A stretch of DNA of 64,000 nt, from assembly GCA_965215015.1 (NCBI GenBank), contig OZ244042.1, positions 5,063,354 through 5,127,353 of the forward strand. The letters are read 5' to 3'. This stretch comes from Candidatus Poribacteria bacterium (GTDB taxonomy: Bacteria; Poribacteria; WGA-4E; PCPOR2b). Under the pieces are notes generated by a model. That model was not told where the DNA came from and did not search any database. It worked only from the letters and a program-made list of their open reading frames with translations. Positions 38,344 through 49,663 of this stretch are shown in pieces. Position numbers and translations under genes: made by a program. Each line of letters starts with the position of its first letter. Within the stretch, counting starts at the first letter, position 1.

Positions 38344-39009
38344 TTATGCGGTTGAGGATTTCCGCAATGCTTCTTCGTAATCTGTCCGATAATCGATGTC
38401 CCACAGTACTCGGTCAGTATCGACAGTCACATAATGGATGTCATCTGCATATTTTTGGAAAAGCGACCGAACCCCGCCGCTATGCCTCTCCAGGGCAAGG
38501 AGGTCAGCAGCGTAGCGTCGGTTAAAAATTACAGGATGCCCCCGACGATAGTTATAACTTGGCACCGCAATTCCACCTTCTGTTTGGACGTATGTGTCGA
38601 TGACCAGATTAACCAAATCCGGCGTGATGAGCGGTAAGTCTACCAAGGTCATCGCAAACGCATCGGCGGACGCTGAAATTGATTGCACACCGCACTGTGC
38701 AGAGGTCAGCATGCCCTCCTGATAATCGGGGTTGAATACAATCTTGACCGGTTTGTGCTGGATATACGCTTGAATTTTCTTGGCTTCGTGCCCAATAATA
38801 ACGATAACCTCGCTCAGATTGGATCCAAGCAGGTTATCGATCACGGTTTCAATAATCGTGCTGCCACCGAAAGGAAGGAGTTGCTTAGGTTCGCCCATAC
38901 GAGTAGACAGGCCCGCAGCGAGGATGATACCTGATATTTTGGGTGTCGGTTGGGGAGGATTCATTACGCCTGATGCCTCATTTGTTGATTGCAAGGGCAC
39001 TAGTATCAC
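38344..39009 (-). CDS. MobA/MocA-like nucleotidyltransferase (molybdenum cofactor cytidylyl/guanylyltransferase family)
   Basis: ISGIILAAGLSTRMGEPKQLLPFGG (NTP-transferase GxG motif of MobA/MocA). Confidence 0.75.
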   Translation of the reverse strand: MILVPLQSTNEASGVMNPPQPTPKISGIILAAGLSTRMGEPKQLLPFGGSTIIETVIDNLLGSNLSEVIVIIGHEAKKIQAYIQHKPVKIVFNPDYQEGMLTSAQCGVQSISASADAFAMTLVDLPLITPDLVNLVIDTYVQTEGGIAVPSYNYRRGHPVIFNRRYAADLLALERHSGGVRSLFQKYADDIHYVTVDTDRVLWDIDYRTDYEEALRKSSTA

Positions 39010-40019
39010 CCCGTTTATAAATCATGCGTTATTCTTCTAATCAACAGATTGTCTATTCTTTCCATAGCTCAGATGAAAATGATACACGCAAAAGTCAATT
39101 CCATCAAGTTTTATTTGAAGAAAATGTCTGTTCTTGCCAATTTTTCACGTTAGCTCGATCCGTATTAACACCCCCAAATCCTCATCGGACTTTCTTTAGT
39201 AACAGGGTACGACCTCAACTCGGTCCCACCGAGGTTCTATAGATTAAACACGACAGAAGTGTCGTAGTCCGCGCGCTCTCACTTCAGCGATAATCAGTTC
39301 TGGCAGTTTCATAGTTCTCTCCCGATGATTCTCTACATCCCACTTATGGAGACAGTTTGATATAGGGTATGAATTTCTTGATGGTGCGTCAACCTCTATC
39401 GACTATATTATGTCATAAGATGGGGGGGCGATCCAGAAAAAACAACCTGCCAGCTCATTTTGTACATTGCTAGGGTATGTTGACATTTGACAGCACGTCG
39501 GTCCAAGACTCTCCTAACGGAGTTGGGTTGAACGGGAACCTTCAACCCAACTCCCAATTTAAAAGAAACGGGAAACAGCAGTAGGTACGCTCCGCGTGCC
39601 CTCCCCCTGCTAAATACCCGGTGGGTTGTCCGTCAGTTCCTGGCTCATTGAGCCTAGAACGGTTCTTTTCCCCCTGCTTGCGGGGGGGTTAGGGGGGGTG
39701 ATGGTACGTATCATCCTCCAAGTTGCTAGATAGCCCGTAGGTCGAGTTTCCATACTCGACATCTATTATAAAAACAACTTATAGATGGCACCCCAACCTG
39801 TAGAGGTTGGGGTGCCTAACCCGCCGGAGGAGGGAAGGGTACTTATCGACCAATTACGGACACGACTCACATAAATGTCAACAGAACCTAATAATCCAAG
39901 AAAATGATTGATAAAATTGGACAACCGTGATATATTTTTCACAATTTCCAAAGCCCAATTTTTGGCCCCTAGATGGAAAGTACCCGCCATAAGCGTGGCA
40001 GAAAGAGGAATGAATTATC

Positions 40020-41060
40020 ATGCACGGATTGACGTTAGCAAATCCTTACTTGACTAACGAATTATCGCCGCCGCCCGCTAGGAGTTACCGCTACCGGCAG
40101 TGGGTTGAACGAGGATATCAAGGCCTCCTAGGACCGATTCCCTCTGACAACGAGCTAGGAGTCTTGATTGGGCAAATGGGCTGGGTAGGAAGCCACGCGC
40201 ATGTGCACGGCTATCTGTGGGCTTCGGCGGGTAACATGGGGGCACTCTTATCCGAGGCGGTGGATGAAGCTTGTCTGCTTCCACGCAATGAATCGCCTCG
40301 TTACGCCCTGCCCCCAGCAATTACTGTGAAAGGGTTGGCGGGGCGACACGTCCTCTTAACAAAATCCGGCTCACGGTTGGATATGATTGCCCTTGAGCAT
40401 CCAGCACTCAACTTGACAATTGTTGAGGTGGAAGACGACGGTGTGCACTACCGCATGCGCTTTGGTACACCTCCGCTCTCTGCACTCGACAAGGTTCAGA
40501 CGAAACCCCCGAAACCGACGAGCGAGATGTTTCACTATATGCTAATCTTTGAGAAGCTCGAAGCAGATGGTTTCAAAGCGTTGGTGCATCTACAACCTAA
40601 GTTCTTGAACCTAATCTCCCGCACTGAACATGGGGCGGCATCACGGTTTTACGATTTCCTGAGAGGGTATGAACCAGAAACCCCGATTATGTACGATAAA
40701 TCCGGCGGAATCGGTTTTGTACAAGAGCGAGCACCCGGCATCCCTGAGCTTTCCTATGAAAGTCTGCGCCTTTTTAAGGGCGAAGACCTCCCGGCAAATC
40801 AACGTCACGAGATGCGCTACATCATCTATTGGGTTGGACACGGCACCTTTTCCCGTGGGGTTGATATTCTAGACGCCTACAGGCATTCCGAGTATTTTGA
40901 GGCAGCGGCTCGAATGACGTGGGAAGCCAACCAAAATCGTATTAACGTACAGGCTTATAGCGAAGAAATCGTGAACTGTATTCTGCGTGAGTTTCAGGCG
41001 AATCAGGAACCCGCCCAAGAGCCCCTTCCTGAACGGGATAACTTGTATAATTACCCGTAG
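40020..41060 (+). CDS. Hypothetical protein (no family recognised)
   Basis: 346-aa ORF with protein-like composition, preceded by a ~1-kb repeat-rich noncoding region. Confidence 0.4.
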   Translation: MHGLTLANPYLTNELSPPPARSYRYRQWVERGYQGLLGPIPSDNELGVLIGQMGWVGSHAHVHGYLWASAGNMGALLSEAVDEACLLPRNESPRYALPPAITVKGLAGRHVLLTKSGSRLDMIALEHPALNLTIVEVEDDGVHYRMRFGTPPLSALDKVQTKPPKPTSEMFHYMLIFEKLEADGFKALVHLQPKFLNLISRTEHGAASRFYDFLRGYEPETPIMYDKSGGIGFVQERAPGIPELSYESLRLFKGEDLPANQRHEMRYIIYWVGHGTFSRGVDILDAYRHSEYFEAAARMTWEANQNRINVQAYSEEIVNCILREFQANQEPAQEPLPERDNLYNYP

Positions 41061-41106
41061 TCCAGAAATTTTGGATCAAGCAGGTAAACGTAGCCCCGTT
41101 AGACCG

Positions 41107-43062
41107 TCAAATCTTCCGAGCGAAAGTATGCCCCTCCATAATCGCATGCTGGAGCGTGCGCGGTGCGAAGGCATCGCCGATAACGAAGCATGTCACCTCG
41201 TCTGGGAGCGATTGAGATAACTCGTCAACCGCTTGTCCACCAAAGGCATGGACTATAGCATCGTAACCGTTCAGCTCGCCCCTCGTCTCAGCCCAAGCGT
41301 TTTCGGTAATAAGGGTATTGCTCTCAATTGCGCGGACATGCAGATGCGGGTGGATTACAATCCCTTTGTGGAACAGACGTTGATACACCGGTGGGCGCGT
41401 TGTTGCGCCGAGCAGCGTACAAATCGCTTCCATACTTGTGATAATCTCCACAGATTTTCCTGCATCAAGCAGTAGCTCCGCGACATTGGGTCCCTGGAAA
41501 CCGTACTCCTCATCAATAACCGCCACACGCTCACCTGTTGGAATATCACCGTTCAAGACAGACCACGCATCTATCGTATTTTCAACCCCAGGCACCTCCG
41601 GCATCAGTGGACGCGCACCGGTCGCCACGATGACGACATCGGGGGATTCGCTCAAGATTGATTCGGCGGTCGCCGTACAGTTTAGTCGAACCTTGACCCC
41701 GGATTTTCGGCATTGCTCTCCCAACCATTCCGTTGCACCTGAAAACTCGCCGCGCAATGGGGCTTTGGCGGCAATCAGCGTTTGACCGCCCAGCTCACTA
41801 TCCCTCTCCATCAACACGACATCGTGCCCGCGCCATTGTGCGATGCGTGCAGCTTCAAGCCCTGCGGGACCACCGCCAACCACCACCACCTTGCGAAGGT
41901 GCTCCGCCGGTGTGAGTGCGTCCAACTCAGTCTCCCTTCCTATCGTCGCGTTCTGTACGCACGTCACGCCACGCCCGGTATAGATGCGATCGATGCATCC
42001 TTCGTTGTAACCGCGACATAACCGAATGTCCTCCAACTGTCCTGCCATCGCCTTCTGAGGTGCTTGTGGATCAGCAATTAGCGCACGGGTCATGATGACC
42101 AGATCCGCCTGATCGTTTGAAACGATTTGCTCTGCTTCCATTGGATGTGTTACCCGCCCTGCCGTGATGACCGGCACGGACACCACATCTTTGATCGAAG
42201 CTGCCAGCAGCGCGTATGTTGCATGGGAGAAGGTCATGTCTGGCACCGCTCCTGCTTCGCCGACGAAGGTTTCGGCAGTCGCCCCGATAATGCTAAAGTA
42301 ATCGAGGATTCCTAGCGAATTTAGATTGGCCGCAATCTCTTGCATCATTGCATTGTCAAGACCACCCTTGGTGAAATCATCACCTGTGATACGGATGCCG
42401 ATGATGAAATCATCGCCGCACCGTTCACGGATAGCCTCAATGACCCGTATACCGAAACGCAAACGATTGGGGAGCAAGCCGCCGTACTCATCGGTGCGGC
42501 GGTTGGCGTTTTGCGTCCAGAATTGATCGATTAGATGGCAGTGGCTCGCGTTTACCTCACAGCCGTCAAAGTTGCCTTGCTTCAATCGCCATGCCGCATC
42601 CGAGAACGCTTGGACGAACTCAGTTATCGTTTCCTCGTCAAGTGTGTGCGGTGTTTCGCGGTGGTTCGGCTCGCGGATAGGAGATGGGCCGTACATCCGA
42701 TGAAGCCGATCTACGCTCCGCCCCCGTCGGCCGCGGTGTGTAATTTGCGAAATGACCGGCACATTATAGGCGTGCATTGTGTCGGTAAATTTAGCGAGGT
42801 ACGGAATCACGCGGTCCTCGAACAATTCCACGCCGTTCCAATCCTGCGCCGGTGACGTTGGGTGGACACCTGCCGAGCCGAAGCACATCAGTAGTCCTAC
42901 CCCGCCCTTTGCCTTTTCCTCGTAGTAACGGCGTGCTTTCTCCTTTGGAATCCCATCTTCCGCCAAGGCATCAGCATGTGCCGATGTGACGATTCGGTTC
43001 TTGACCGTAACATGGCGGAGTTGTAGCGGAGTGAACAGATGCTTAAATACCGGTGCAGCCAT
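41107..43062 (-). CDS. NADH:flavin oxidoreductase (Old Yellow Enzyme TIM barrel) fused to FAD/NAD(P)-binding domain (2,4-dienoyl-CoA reductase-like)
   Basis: N-terminal OYE-like region (TPLQLRHVTVKNRIVTSAHA...); C-terminal dinucleotide-binding VVVVGGGPAGLEAAR...DVVLMERDSELGGQ. Confidence 0.8.
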   Translation of the reverse strand: MAAPVFKHLFTPLQLRHVTVKNRIVTSAHADALAEDGIPKEKARRYYEEKAKGGVGLLMCFGSAGVHPTSPAQDWNGVELFEDRVIPYLAKFTDTMHAYNVPVISQITHRGRRGRSVDRLHRMYGPSPIREPNHRETPHTLDEETITEFVQAFSDAAWRLKQGNFDGCEVNASHCHLIDQFWTQNANRRTDEYGGLLPNRLRFGIRVIEAIRERCGDDFIIGIRITGDDFTKGGLDNAMMQEIAANLNSLGILDYFSIIGATAETFVGEAGAVPDMTFSHATYALLAASIKDVVSVPVITAGRVTHPMEAEQIVSNDQADLVIMTRALIADPQAPQKAMAGQLEDIRLCRGYNEGCIDRIYTGRGVTCVQNATIGRETELDALTPAEHLRKVVVVGGGPAGLEAARIAQWRGHDVVLMERDSELGGQTLIAAKAPLRGEFSGATEWLGEQCRKSGVKVRLNCTATAESILSESPDVVIVATGARPLMPEVPGVENTIDAWSVLNGDIPTGERVAVIDEEYGFQGPNVAELLLDAGKSVEIITSMEAICTLLGATTRPPVYQRLFHKGIVIHPHLHVRAIESNTLITENAWAETRGELNGYDAIVHAFGGQAVDELSQSLPDEVTCFVIGDAFAPRTLQHAIMEGHTFARKI

Positions 43063-43335
43063 GATGATTCCTCCCTATTAAAAAAATTACAAAGTTGATC
43101 CCCGTATCCATTCGCGGTGAGCTCTCTTCCATCTTATTCACTTTAGGAGTTACGCTCTTGAGTTTGTAGTTAAAACCTTCGCACCTACCATGAGAAACTC
43201 ACGGTGCATTCATCACCGAGCACGATGCTGCCAGCCAATTGCTCCAAAATCCCTTTCGCCATGTGATTCTCCTCCTCAAAACGAATTACTTTTTTCGAGA
43301 ACACAGAGAAATGAGGAGCAATCTATTGCCCTCAA

Positions 43336-44391
43336 TCATCTCTGTTGTGCGACAATTAATGGGTTTTCGCCAGAGGACAGCGGCAGTGCCACAGTCTGCC
43401 CCTCGACAATTGATTGGTAAGCTGCCATCAGCGTTTCGACAGCGATGAGTGCAGTTTCGATGTTGCTTGTAGGTGGCGTGCCGTTTTCGATTGCATTAAT
43501 CAATTGCTCTACCGAGCCCATAACCGTTGCGCCCTCGACAAACTGATCGTAATCTTGAGGAATATGGTTGATTGTAACGACCTGTGCGCTCGCGTCGATA
43601 AACATCGTTTGACCCTCAAAGTTGACCGTCATCGAATTACTATGACGACGCTCTTTGATCAACTGCTGTTTGCCTACCTCAAGAAAAGCGAAAAAATCGC
43701 CATAGTCAAGGACAATCTGCCCGAAGTTCTCAACGTCAGCTTCCGCAAAAACATCCCAGAGTTTTCGCCATTTTGCGGTGACGGTTTTTGGACGACCGAA
43801 CAGCGAAGCTGCGTAGTCAATCGCATAGCATCCCATGTTGGTCATCTCTCCGCCGCCGGACTTCTGAGGAGGATCAAGCCGTTCGGGCCATGCAGCTGCT
43901 AATTCAAAATCGATCGGGAAATTCATCCCGAAGAGATGATGATAGCCCATCACCGTGCCGTGCATTCCCGCCTGTACCTCTTCCAATAACCTTGCATAGA
44001 CCGGCACAAAACGAACCATCGGTATATCGTGCACGAAATGGACATTGTATGTTTTGACCGCTTCAGCGATACGGCGTGCACTGTCCAGACTTTCACAGAG
44101 CGGCTTGTTGAGGAAAACGTGTTTGCCCGCAGCAGCGGCAAGCTCAACCATCTCTGCCTTATCACCTGGATTACAGGACACCGCAACGAAATCTACACCC
44201 GGGTGATTGATGACTGCCTCGTATGAAGTTGACAAAGGGGCACCGAAGATTTGTCGCAGTTCTTCCGCACGACGCGGATTTTCTTCGTATGCAGCAATAA
44301 CACGGGTATCGGATCTGCCCTTGAACATGCTACAGATGCCTGCGCCGTGTGTGCAACAGTTACCGAGGAGGCCTACATTATATAACTTCAT
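43336..44391 (-). CDS. Gfo/Idh/MocA family oxidoreductase
   Basis: N-terminal Rossmann LYNVGLLGNCCTHGAG..., RVIAAYEENPRRAEEL; typical ~350 aa. Confidence 0.8.
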   Translation of the reverse strand: MKLYNVGLLGNCCTHGAGICSMFKGRSDTRVIAAYEENPRRAEELRQIFGAPLSTSYEAVINHPGVDFVAVSCNPGDKAEMVELAAAAGKHVFLNKPLCESLDSARRIAEAVKTYNVHFVHDIPMVRFVPVYARLLEEVQAGMHGTVMGYHHLFGMNFPIDFELAAAWPERLDPPQKSGGGEMTNMGCYAIDYAASLFGRPKTVTAKWRKLWDVFAEADVENFGQIVLDYGDFFAFLEVGKQQLIKERRHSNSMTVNFEGQTMFIDASAQVVTINHIPQDYDQFVEGATVMGSVEQLINAIENGTPPTSNIETALIAVETLMAAYQSIVEGQTVALPLSSGENPLIVAQQR

Positions 44392-44550
44392 TTTTATCTT
44401 CGTCCCTCCGAGATTGGGTTACTCAATGGGATAGCAGATATCACCAGTTGCAGGAATTGAATATATAGGAAAGCTTTAAAGGGTTCAGTTTCTCAATTTC
44501 GTGTTGAGGCTCGATTTCCAAGTTGCGGCATACGGAGTATGCCTACTACT

Positions 44551-45411
44551 TTATTCAAAAAGCCGCTTGAATTCCGGCAAACACTCCCAAAATCCATCTT
44601 CAAATGTCCCGTTATCGGGTCTATAGACACTTTCAAGAGAGATGTTCCCCTGATAATTATCACGCAAGAGTGCGTTAGCAATACCTTCAAGGTATGGAGC
44701 GACATCTCCCCCGCCGAGCGGGCAGAAACGAACCGTTGCTTTTGAGATGTCAACCTGGCAATCTTTGAGATGAATATGACCAATGTCATCTTTAATCTGT
44801 TCGTAGGCATCCGGATAGGGGACTTCCGTACAATACATGGTGTTGGGGATATCCCAGAGGATTTTAAGATGCTTGCTCCCTAGATCATCAATCAGTTTTT
44901 TCGCCAGCACACCCGATGTTATCATCGCATTATTTCCGGTTTCAACAACGAGGGTCACCCCTTTCTCTTCGGCTAATTTTACCGGGGCTTCCATGAGCTT
45001 GAGTAGTCTATCCCAAGCCCCCGTACTGGCAACCCAGTCCTCTGCACCGTTAGCACCAAAGATAATCATCTCTTTTTTGCAGCTCATGATTCTAACCCGG
45101 TTGGTTCCTAACTCTTGGGCGATGTGGATACACCGTTGAAGCCCCGCCATATGTTCTTGATAAATAGAATCTTCCGGTTCAATCTCCATTATTGGAAGCC
45201 CCGCGAAATTATGTCGCGAAATACAAGAGACTTCCACCCGATATTGTGCAACCAATTTTTTTATTTTTCGGATTTCCTCTGATGTTTGATCTCCAATCTC
45301 CTTGTCCCAAAGGAACTGGAGTTCTGCATATTTGAGCCCTGCTTTAGCCATCGCCTGCAATGCATACTCAAGATCCCTACTGATACCGTTAGTAATGACG
45401 CCGAGTTTCAT
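44551..45411 (-). CDS. Sugar phosphate isomerase/epimerase (xylose isomerase-like TIM barrel)
   Basis: MKLGVITNG...AGLKYAEL; conserved His/Glu/Asp pattern typical of AP endonuclease 2/xylose isomerase-like TIM family. Confidence 0.75.
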   Translation of the reverse strand: MKLGVITNGISRDLEYALQAMAKAGLKYAELQFLWDKEIGDQTSEEIRKIKKLVAQYRVEVSCISRHNFAGLPIMEIEPEDSIYQEHMAGLQRCIHIAQELGTNRVRIMSCKKEMIIFGANGAEDWVASTGAWDRLLKLMEAPVKLAEEKGVTLVVETGNNAMITSGVLAKKLIDDLGSKHLKILWDIPNTMYCTEVPYPDAYEQIKDDIGHIHLKDCQVDISKATVRFCPLGGGDVAPYLEGIANALLRDNYQGNISLESVYRPDNGTFEDGFWECLPEFKRLFE

Positions 45412-45706
45412 CCTGTTCTGCCCCCTTCATGTGAACCGGCTTTGACCCCTATTTTTGCAATTTGCTTACAATTTGCGAATGTTGTCACCTAACACCCCGT
45501 ATTTTTTCCGTATAAATCAAAGTTGAATCTTATCCAGTGATCGAGTAAAATACCTGATGATTTTAGTATAACAAAGCGCATAAAGTCAAGGATCGAATTT
45601 AGTATTTCATATATGCCTCATTTTTCCGAGTCCATTACCCTTCTTTGTAAGCCCCGACTGCTTATATCGTGCCCAGTCTGGCGTTCTCGTATCATCGAGG
45701 CTACAA

Positions 45707-47644
45707 TTGAAAGATACCTCTGACACCCCAAAAAGCGGCTTAACGCTCAAGTCCCTCCTGACCACGCTGCTGCTCACTCCGATTAATGCGGCTTGGGTCA
45801 TCCAACTGGAAGTAGTTCGCCATACCTGCCCAACGATTATCCATCCCTTCGCAAATGTAATTTTTATTTTCTTTTGGCTGCTTCTGATTCAGCACATACT
45901 GAATAAAGTTTCTCCCATACTCGGCCTTTCTCAGCAGGAATTACTAACCATCTATATCATGTTGTGTATTGTCTCCTGTCTCTGTTCGTACGACTGCCTA
46001 GAAGTCTTGATTCCAATCATGGGACATCCGTTTCGGTTTGCAACGATCGAAAACGAATGGCAACAACTGTTCATCAAGCAACTTCCCCATTGGCTCACTA
46101 TCTCCGATGAAAAAGCACTAACCGCTTTCTATGAAGGCGATTCAAGCCTCTATAACAGGCATCATCTTAACGTATGGTTCATCCCTGCCGTTACGTGGAT
46201 ATTGTTCATCTTAGTGATGATGATTGTGATGGTGTGCATTAACACGCTGTTACGAGTGCAGTGGGCAGAACGTGAACGGTTGACCTATCCAATCATTCAA
46301 CTTCCACTAGAAATGACCCATCCAAAATCGAGGTTCTTCAAAAACAGACTGATGTGGCTCGGTTTCGGTATCATCTCGCTAATCGTGACCGTGAATATCC
46401 TTAACTCACTCTACCCATCGGTTCCCTATATCCCCATCAAACGTCAGGACATCCATCAGTATTTTACCCATCGCCCCTGGAACACGATAGGCGGGGTACG
46501 AATCTCTTTCTATCCTTTCGTCATCGGCATTAGCTTCCTTATACCGCTCGAACTTCTATTTTCATGTTGGGCGTTTTTCTGGGTTTACAAGATCGAACTG
46601 ATGGTCGGTAGCCTGATGGGTTGGCGAAAGCTCCCACGCTTCCCTTATGCCAGTGAACAGGCATTCGGTGCATATATGGCGATATTAGGATTCATACTCT
46701 GGAGAGGGAGATTGCATCTCAAAGGGTTAGTGCATCATCTGTTAGGATCGCGTGCATCTGCGTCACAACTGGATGACTCTCGTGAACCGATGCCGTATCG
46801 CCTTGCCGTTGGAGGCATCGTCACTGGCACGGTCTTCTTGACGATTTTTTCCTACAAAGCAGGAATGTCGTTGTGGGTGATACCAATTTTTTTCGGGACC
46901 TACTTCTTATTAGGGATAATGGTTACAAGACTCCGTGCCGAATTAGGTCTCATGGTACACGATATGATTGGTATCGCGCCACATAGCATAATTATCACCG
47001 GTTTTGGCACACGTCAACTGGGTAAGGGTACGCTGACCACCTTTGCGTTGTACCTGTTCTTCACCCGCACCAACTGGGCAAATCCGATGCCGGAACCTCT
47101 CGAAGCCTTCAAAATATCGTCCTTGCGAAATATTAATTCCCGTAATATGGCAGTTGCCATTCTGTTCGCAACGATTATCGGATCGGGGACCACCTTTTGG
47201 CTCCTGTTGGATATCTACTACCGGCATGGTGCAGCATCCGGATACTTCTATCCAAGCACGTTAGCGTTTGGACGCCACGCTTATGGTCTACTTGAGAATT
47301 GGCTGAGTTTTCCCCAAGGGTACGATGGGCCCGCACTTGCCTTTACAGGGGGTGGACTTGGGGTGGCGGGGTTGTTGATGTTTTTGCGAGCGCGCTTTTT
47401 GTGGTGGTCGCTTCACCCACTTGGTTATGCAATGGCAAATAGTTGGGGGATGTACAATCTATGGTGCTGTCTCTTTGTCGTTTGGGTCGCCAAGCTTATT
47501 ATCCTACGTTATGGAGGCCTACGGGCGTATCAACGCGCGATTCCCTTCTTTTTGGGGTTGGCGTTGGGAGACTGTATAGCTGGCAGTATCGGGAGCATTT
47601 TAAGCATCCTTCTAAACACGCCTGTCTATGAATTTTTTCCCTAA
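45707..47644 (+). CDS. Polytopic integral membrane protein (>=12 predicted TM helices), unknown function
   Basis: 645-aa ORF dominated by hydrophobic helices; no family recognised. Confidence 0.5.
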   Translation: MKDTSDTPKSGLTLKSLLTTLLLTPINAAWVIQLEVVRHTCPTIIHPFANVIFIFFWLLLIQHILNKVSPILGLSQQELLTIYIMLCIVSCLCSYDCLEVLIPIMGHPFRFATIENEWQQLFIKQLPHWLTISDEKALTAFYEGDSSLYNRHHLNVWFIPAVTWILFILVMMIVMVCINTLLRVQWAERERLTYPIIQLPLEMTHPKSRFFKNRLMWLGFGIISLIVTVNILNSLYPSVPYIPIKRQDIHQYFTHRPWNTIGGVRISFYPFVIGISFLIPLELLFSCWAFFWVYKIELMVGSLMGWRKLPRFPYASEQAFGAYMAILGFILWRGRLHLKGLVHHLLGSRASASQLDDSREPMPYRLAVGGIVTGTVFLTIFSYKAGMSLWVIPIFFGTYFLLGIMVTRLRAELGLMVHDMIGIAPHSIIITGFGTRQLGKGTLTTFALYLFFTRTNWANPMPEPLEAFKISSLRNINSRNMAVAILFATIIGSGTTFWLLLDIYYRHGAASGYFYPSTLAFGRHAYGLLENWLSFPQGYDGPALAFTGGGLGVAGLLMFLRARFLWWSLHPLGYAMANSWGMYNLWCCLFVVWVAKLIILRYGGLRAYQRAIPFFLGLALGDCIAGSIGSILSILLNTPVYEFFP

Positions 47645-48033
47645 GCGATTCAGGTACGTAAAAAAAAGTAATTCCGTTAGGACTTACGCAGTTGAACGTT
47701 CTCAGTCTTGCGCTGCGTTGACCACACCTCCCCTAACTCCCCCTTGTATTGGGTCGGGCTGAGCTCGCTGGCGATCGAATCCGCCTCCGAAGCCAAGCGG
47801 GCGATACGTCGGTCAAAGGGCTCGCGTTCGTGGAGGTTTGTAAGCCGTTCTTTGGCGTACAGCTCACGCCCCTATTGGTCAATAATCCCTTCAAACTCCC
47901 AAATGACGGGTTGATGTCCGCCAAGGCGAGGACATTATCAAGCTTAGCCTGCCTCGTGGGATTTGTCGATTTGAGATTAAGACAGCTTCATATATTTTCC
48001 TCCTTTACGCAGATTGGCAGTGTTACAGTCCCT

Positions 48034-49122
48034 TCACTCAAAAGCCAGCACTGTCCGCGCAACTTTCCCTTGGTTCATATCGTCGAAAGCTTCGTTGAGT
48101 TCGTCCAGTGGACGGTAGCGCGAGATAAGTTCGTCGAGTTTAATCTTCCCCTGATTGTATAGATCTAGAATCCAGAGAAAATCAACACGCGCCCGGGCAG
48201 CACCATGGAAAGCACCCATCAGTGTTCGATCCTGTAGCAGATGCCAGCCATCAACTGAAATCTCCTCGTCCGTGGGTTGTACCCCAACTACCACGGCGGT
48301 TCCGGTGGTACGGATTGAGTCGATCGCTTGTCGCACCAGCCCTGGGAATCCGACCACCTCGAAGGCGTAGTCAGCACCTCCGCCGGTGATCTCTTTGATT
48401 CGCTGGACAGGATCCTCCTTAGAAGCATTGACGAAATGCGTGGCACCCATCTGCTCTGCCAACTCCAACTTATATGGAAACCTATCAATCGCGATGATTT
48501 TGCCTGCCGAAGCGAGGACACCACCTTGGATGACGTTCAGACCGACCCCGCCGCAGCCGAACACTGCCATTGCGGCACCGGCTTCGACCTTCGCACGATT
48601 GACGACAGCACCGATGCCGGTGATGACCGCACAACTGATGAGGCAAGTTTTTTCGAGCGGTGTGTCGCCCGGAACTTTGACGCAGGCATCGGCATGAACA
48701 ATCGTTTGTTCAACAAAGGTTGGTCTACTATGGTAGACCGGCTCGCCGTTTTTTGTCATCCGGCTTACAGCCCCGGGGGGATGCGTCTCACACAATGCAG
48801 GACTGCCGTTGCTGCAGTTGCGGCAGTAACCACACATGGCGTCAAGAGATAGGATGATTTTGTCCCCGGCCGCGACGCTAGTTACACCGGGCCCAACCTC
48901 TCGGACGATACCCGCACCTTCGTGTCCCATGACCCACGGAGTTTGCTCACGCTTGACGTGACCATCTACAGAGTGGTAGTCGCTGTGACAAACACCCGCA
49001 CCAACAATGTCGAGCAACACTTCACCCACTTGCGGTGGTTGGATTTCGAGCTCCTCAATAGATACGGGAGCGTGGGGTTGGTAAAAGACCGCTGCTTTCA
49101 TGGTTTCCTCCAATCTTCTCAT
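48034..49122 (-). CDS. Zinc-dependent alcohol dehydrogenase (class III/formaldehyde dehydrogenase-like)
   Basis: GAGVCHSDYH; GHEGAGIVREVG; CGYCRNCSNG structural Zn site; GCGGVGL Rossmann. Confidence 0.8.
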   Translation of the reverse strand: MRRLEETMKAAVFYQPHAPVSIEELEIQPPQVGEVLLDIVGAGVCHSDYHSVDGHVKREQTPWVMGHEGAGIVREVGPGVTSVAAGDKIILSLDAMCGYCRNCSNGSPALCETHPPGAVSRMTKNGEPVYHSRPTFVEQTIVHADACVKVPGDTPLEKTCLISCAVITGIGAVVNRAKVEAGAAMAVFGCGGVGLNVIQGGVLASAGKIIAIDRFPYKLELAEQMGATHFVNASKEDPVQRIKEITGGGADYAFEVVGFPGLVRQAIDSIRTTGTAVVVGVQPTDEEISVDGWHLLQDRTLMGAFHGAARARVDFLWILDLYNQGKIKLDELISRYRPLDELNEAFDDMNQGKVARTVLAFE

Positions 49123-49663
49123 AAGGTATGGTCAGACGATAAGCTATTTTGGGGTGGCTTGTGCTTTTGGTATCGTCTTATCGTGGTGGTAAACCCAGAT
49201 GTCTATTCAGAGATTTAGTCCACCACCCCAACTTAGTATGTCAATAGTATAGCAAAGGATACAAAAAAGTGCTACCTCATTGTTAGCTGAAACTCCAATC
49301 CTCTGCTCGGATAAGATTGGGATTCAAAGCAACTTAAAGCGTTCATGGTAGTACGCATGCTCCGTCGTGCCGTAAACCACACAATCGTTATATGGTTGGG
49401 CTAACACGCAACTGCCATTAAAATCCCAACCCCAATGGGAACAAAATATCTCCAACCCCGTCGGTAGGGCATCTTGTCCCATCTACTGCCTGAGCCCCCT
49501 ATCTGTATTCGTGTAATCTGCTGCATCTATTAAATCCGCGATTCAGACAACTATTATGAGCACCCCTCAGTTAAAATAGGTAGACACGAACGATAAAAAA
49601 AAGTAGAATAGGTTGGAAGGTTGTAGAGACAGAACACCCACCCGGCAAACGGAGGAAGAATTG

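Noticed and set aside
39040-40020. Protein-coding gene in the 1-kb gap upstream of 40020
   Set aside because: Only very short ORFs; region is occupied by repeat-family copies and palindromes; treated as noncoding.
41233-42855. Plus-strand ORFs (60-115 aa) inside the OYE-FAD oxidoreductase gene
   Set aside because: Antisense to a confidently assigned CDS; composition typical of shadow frames.
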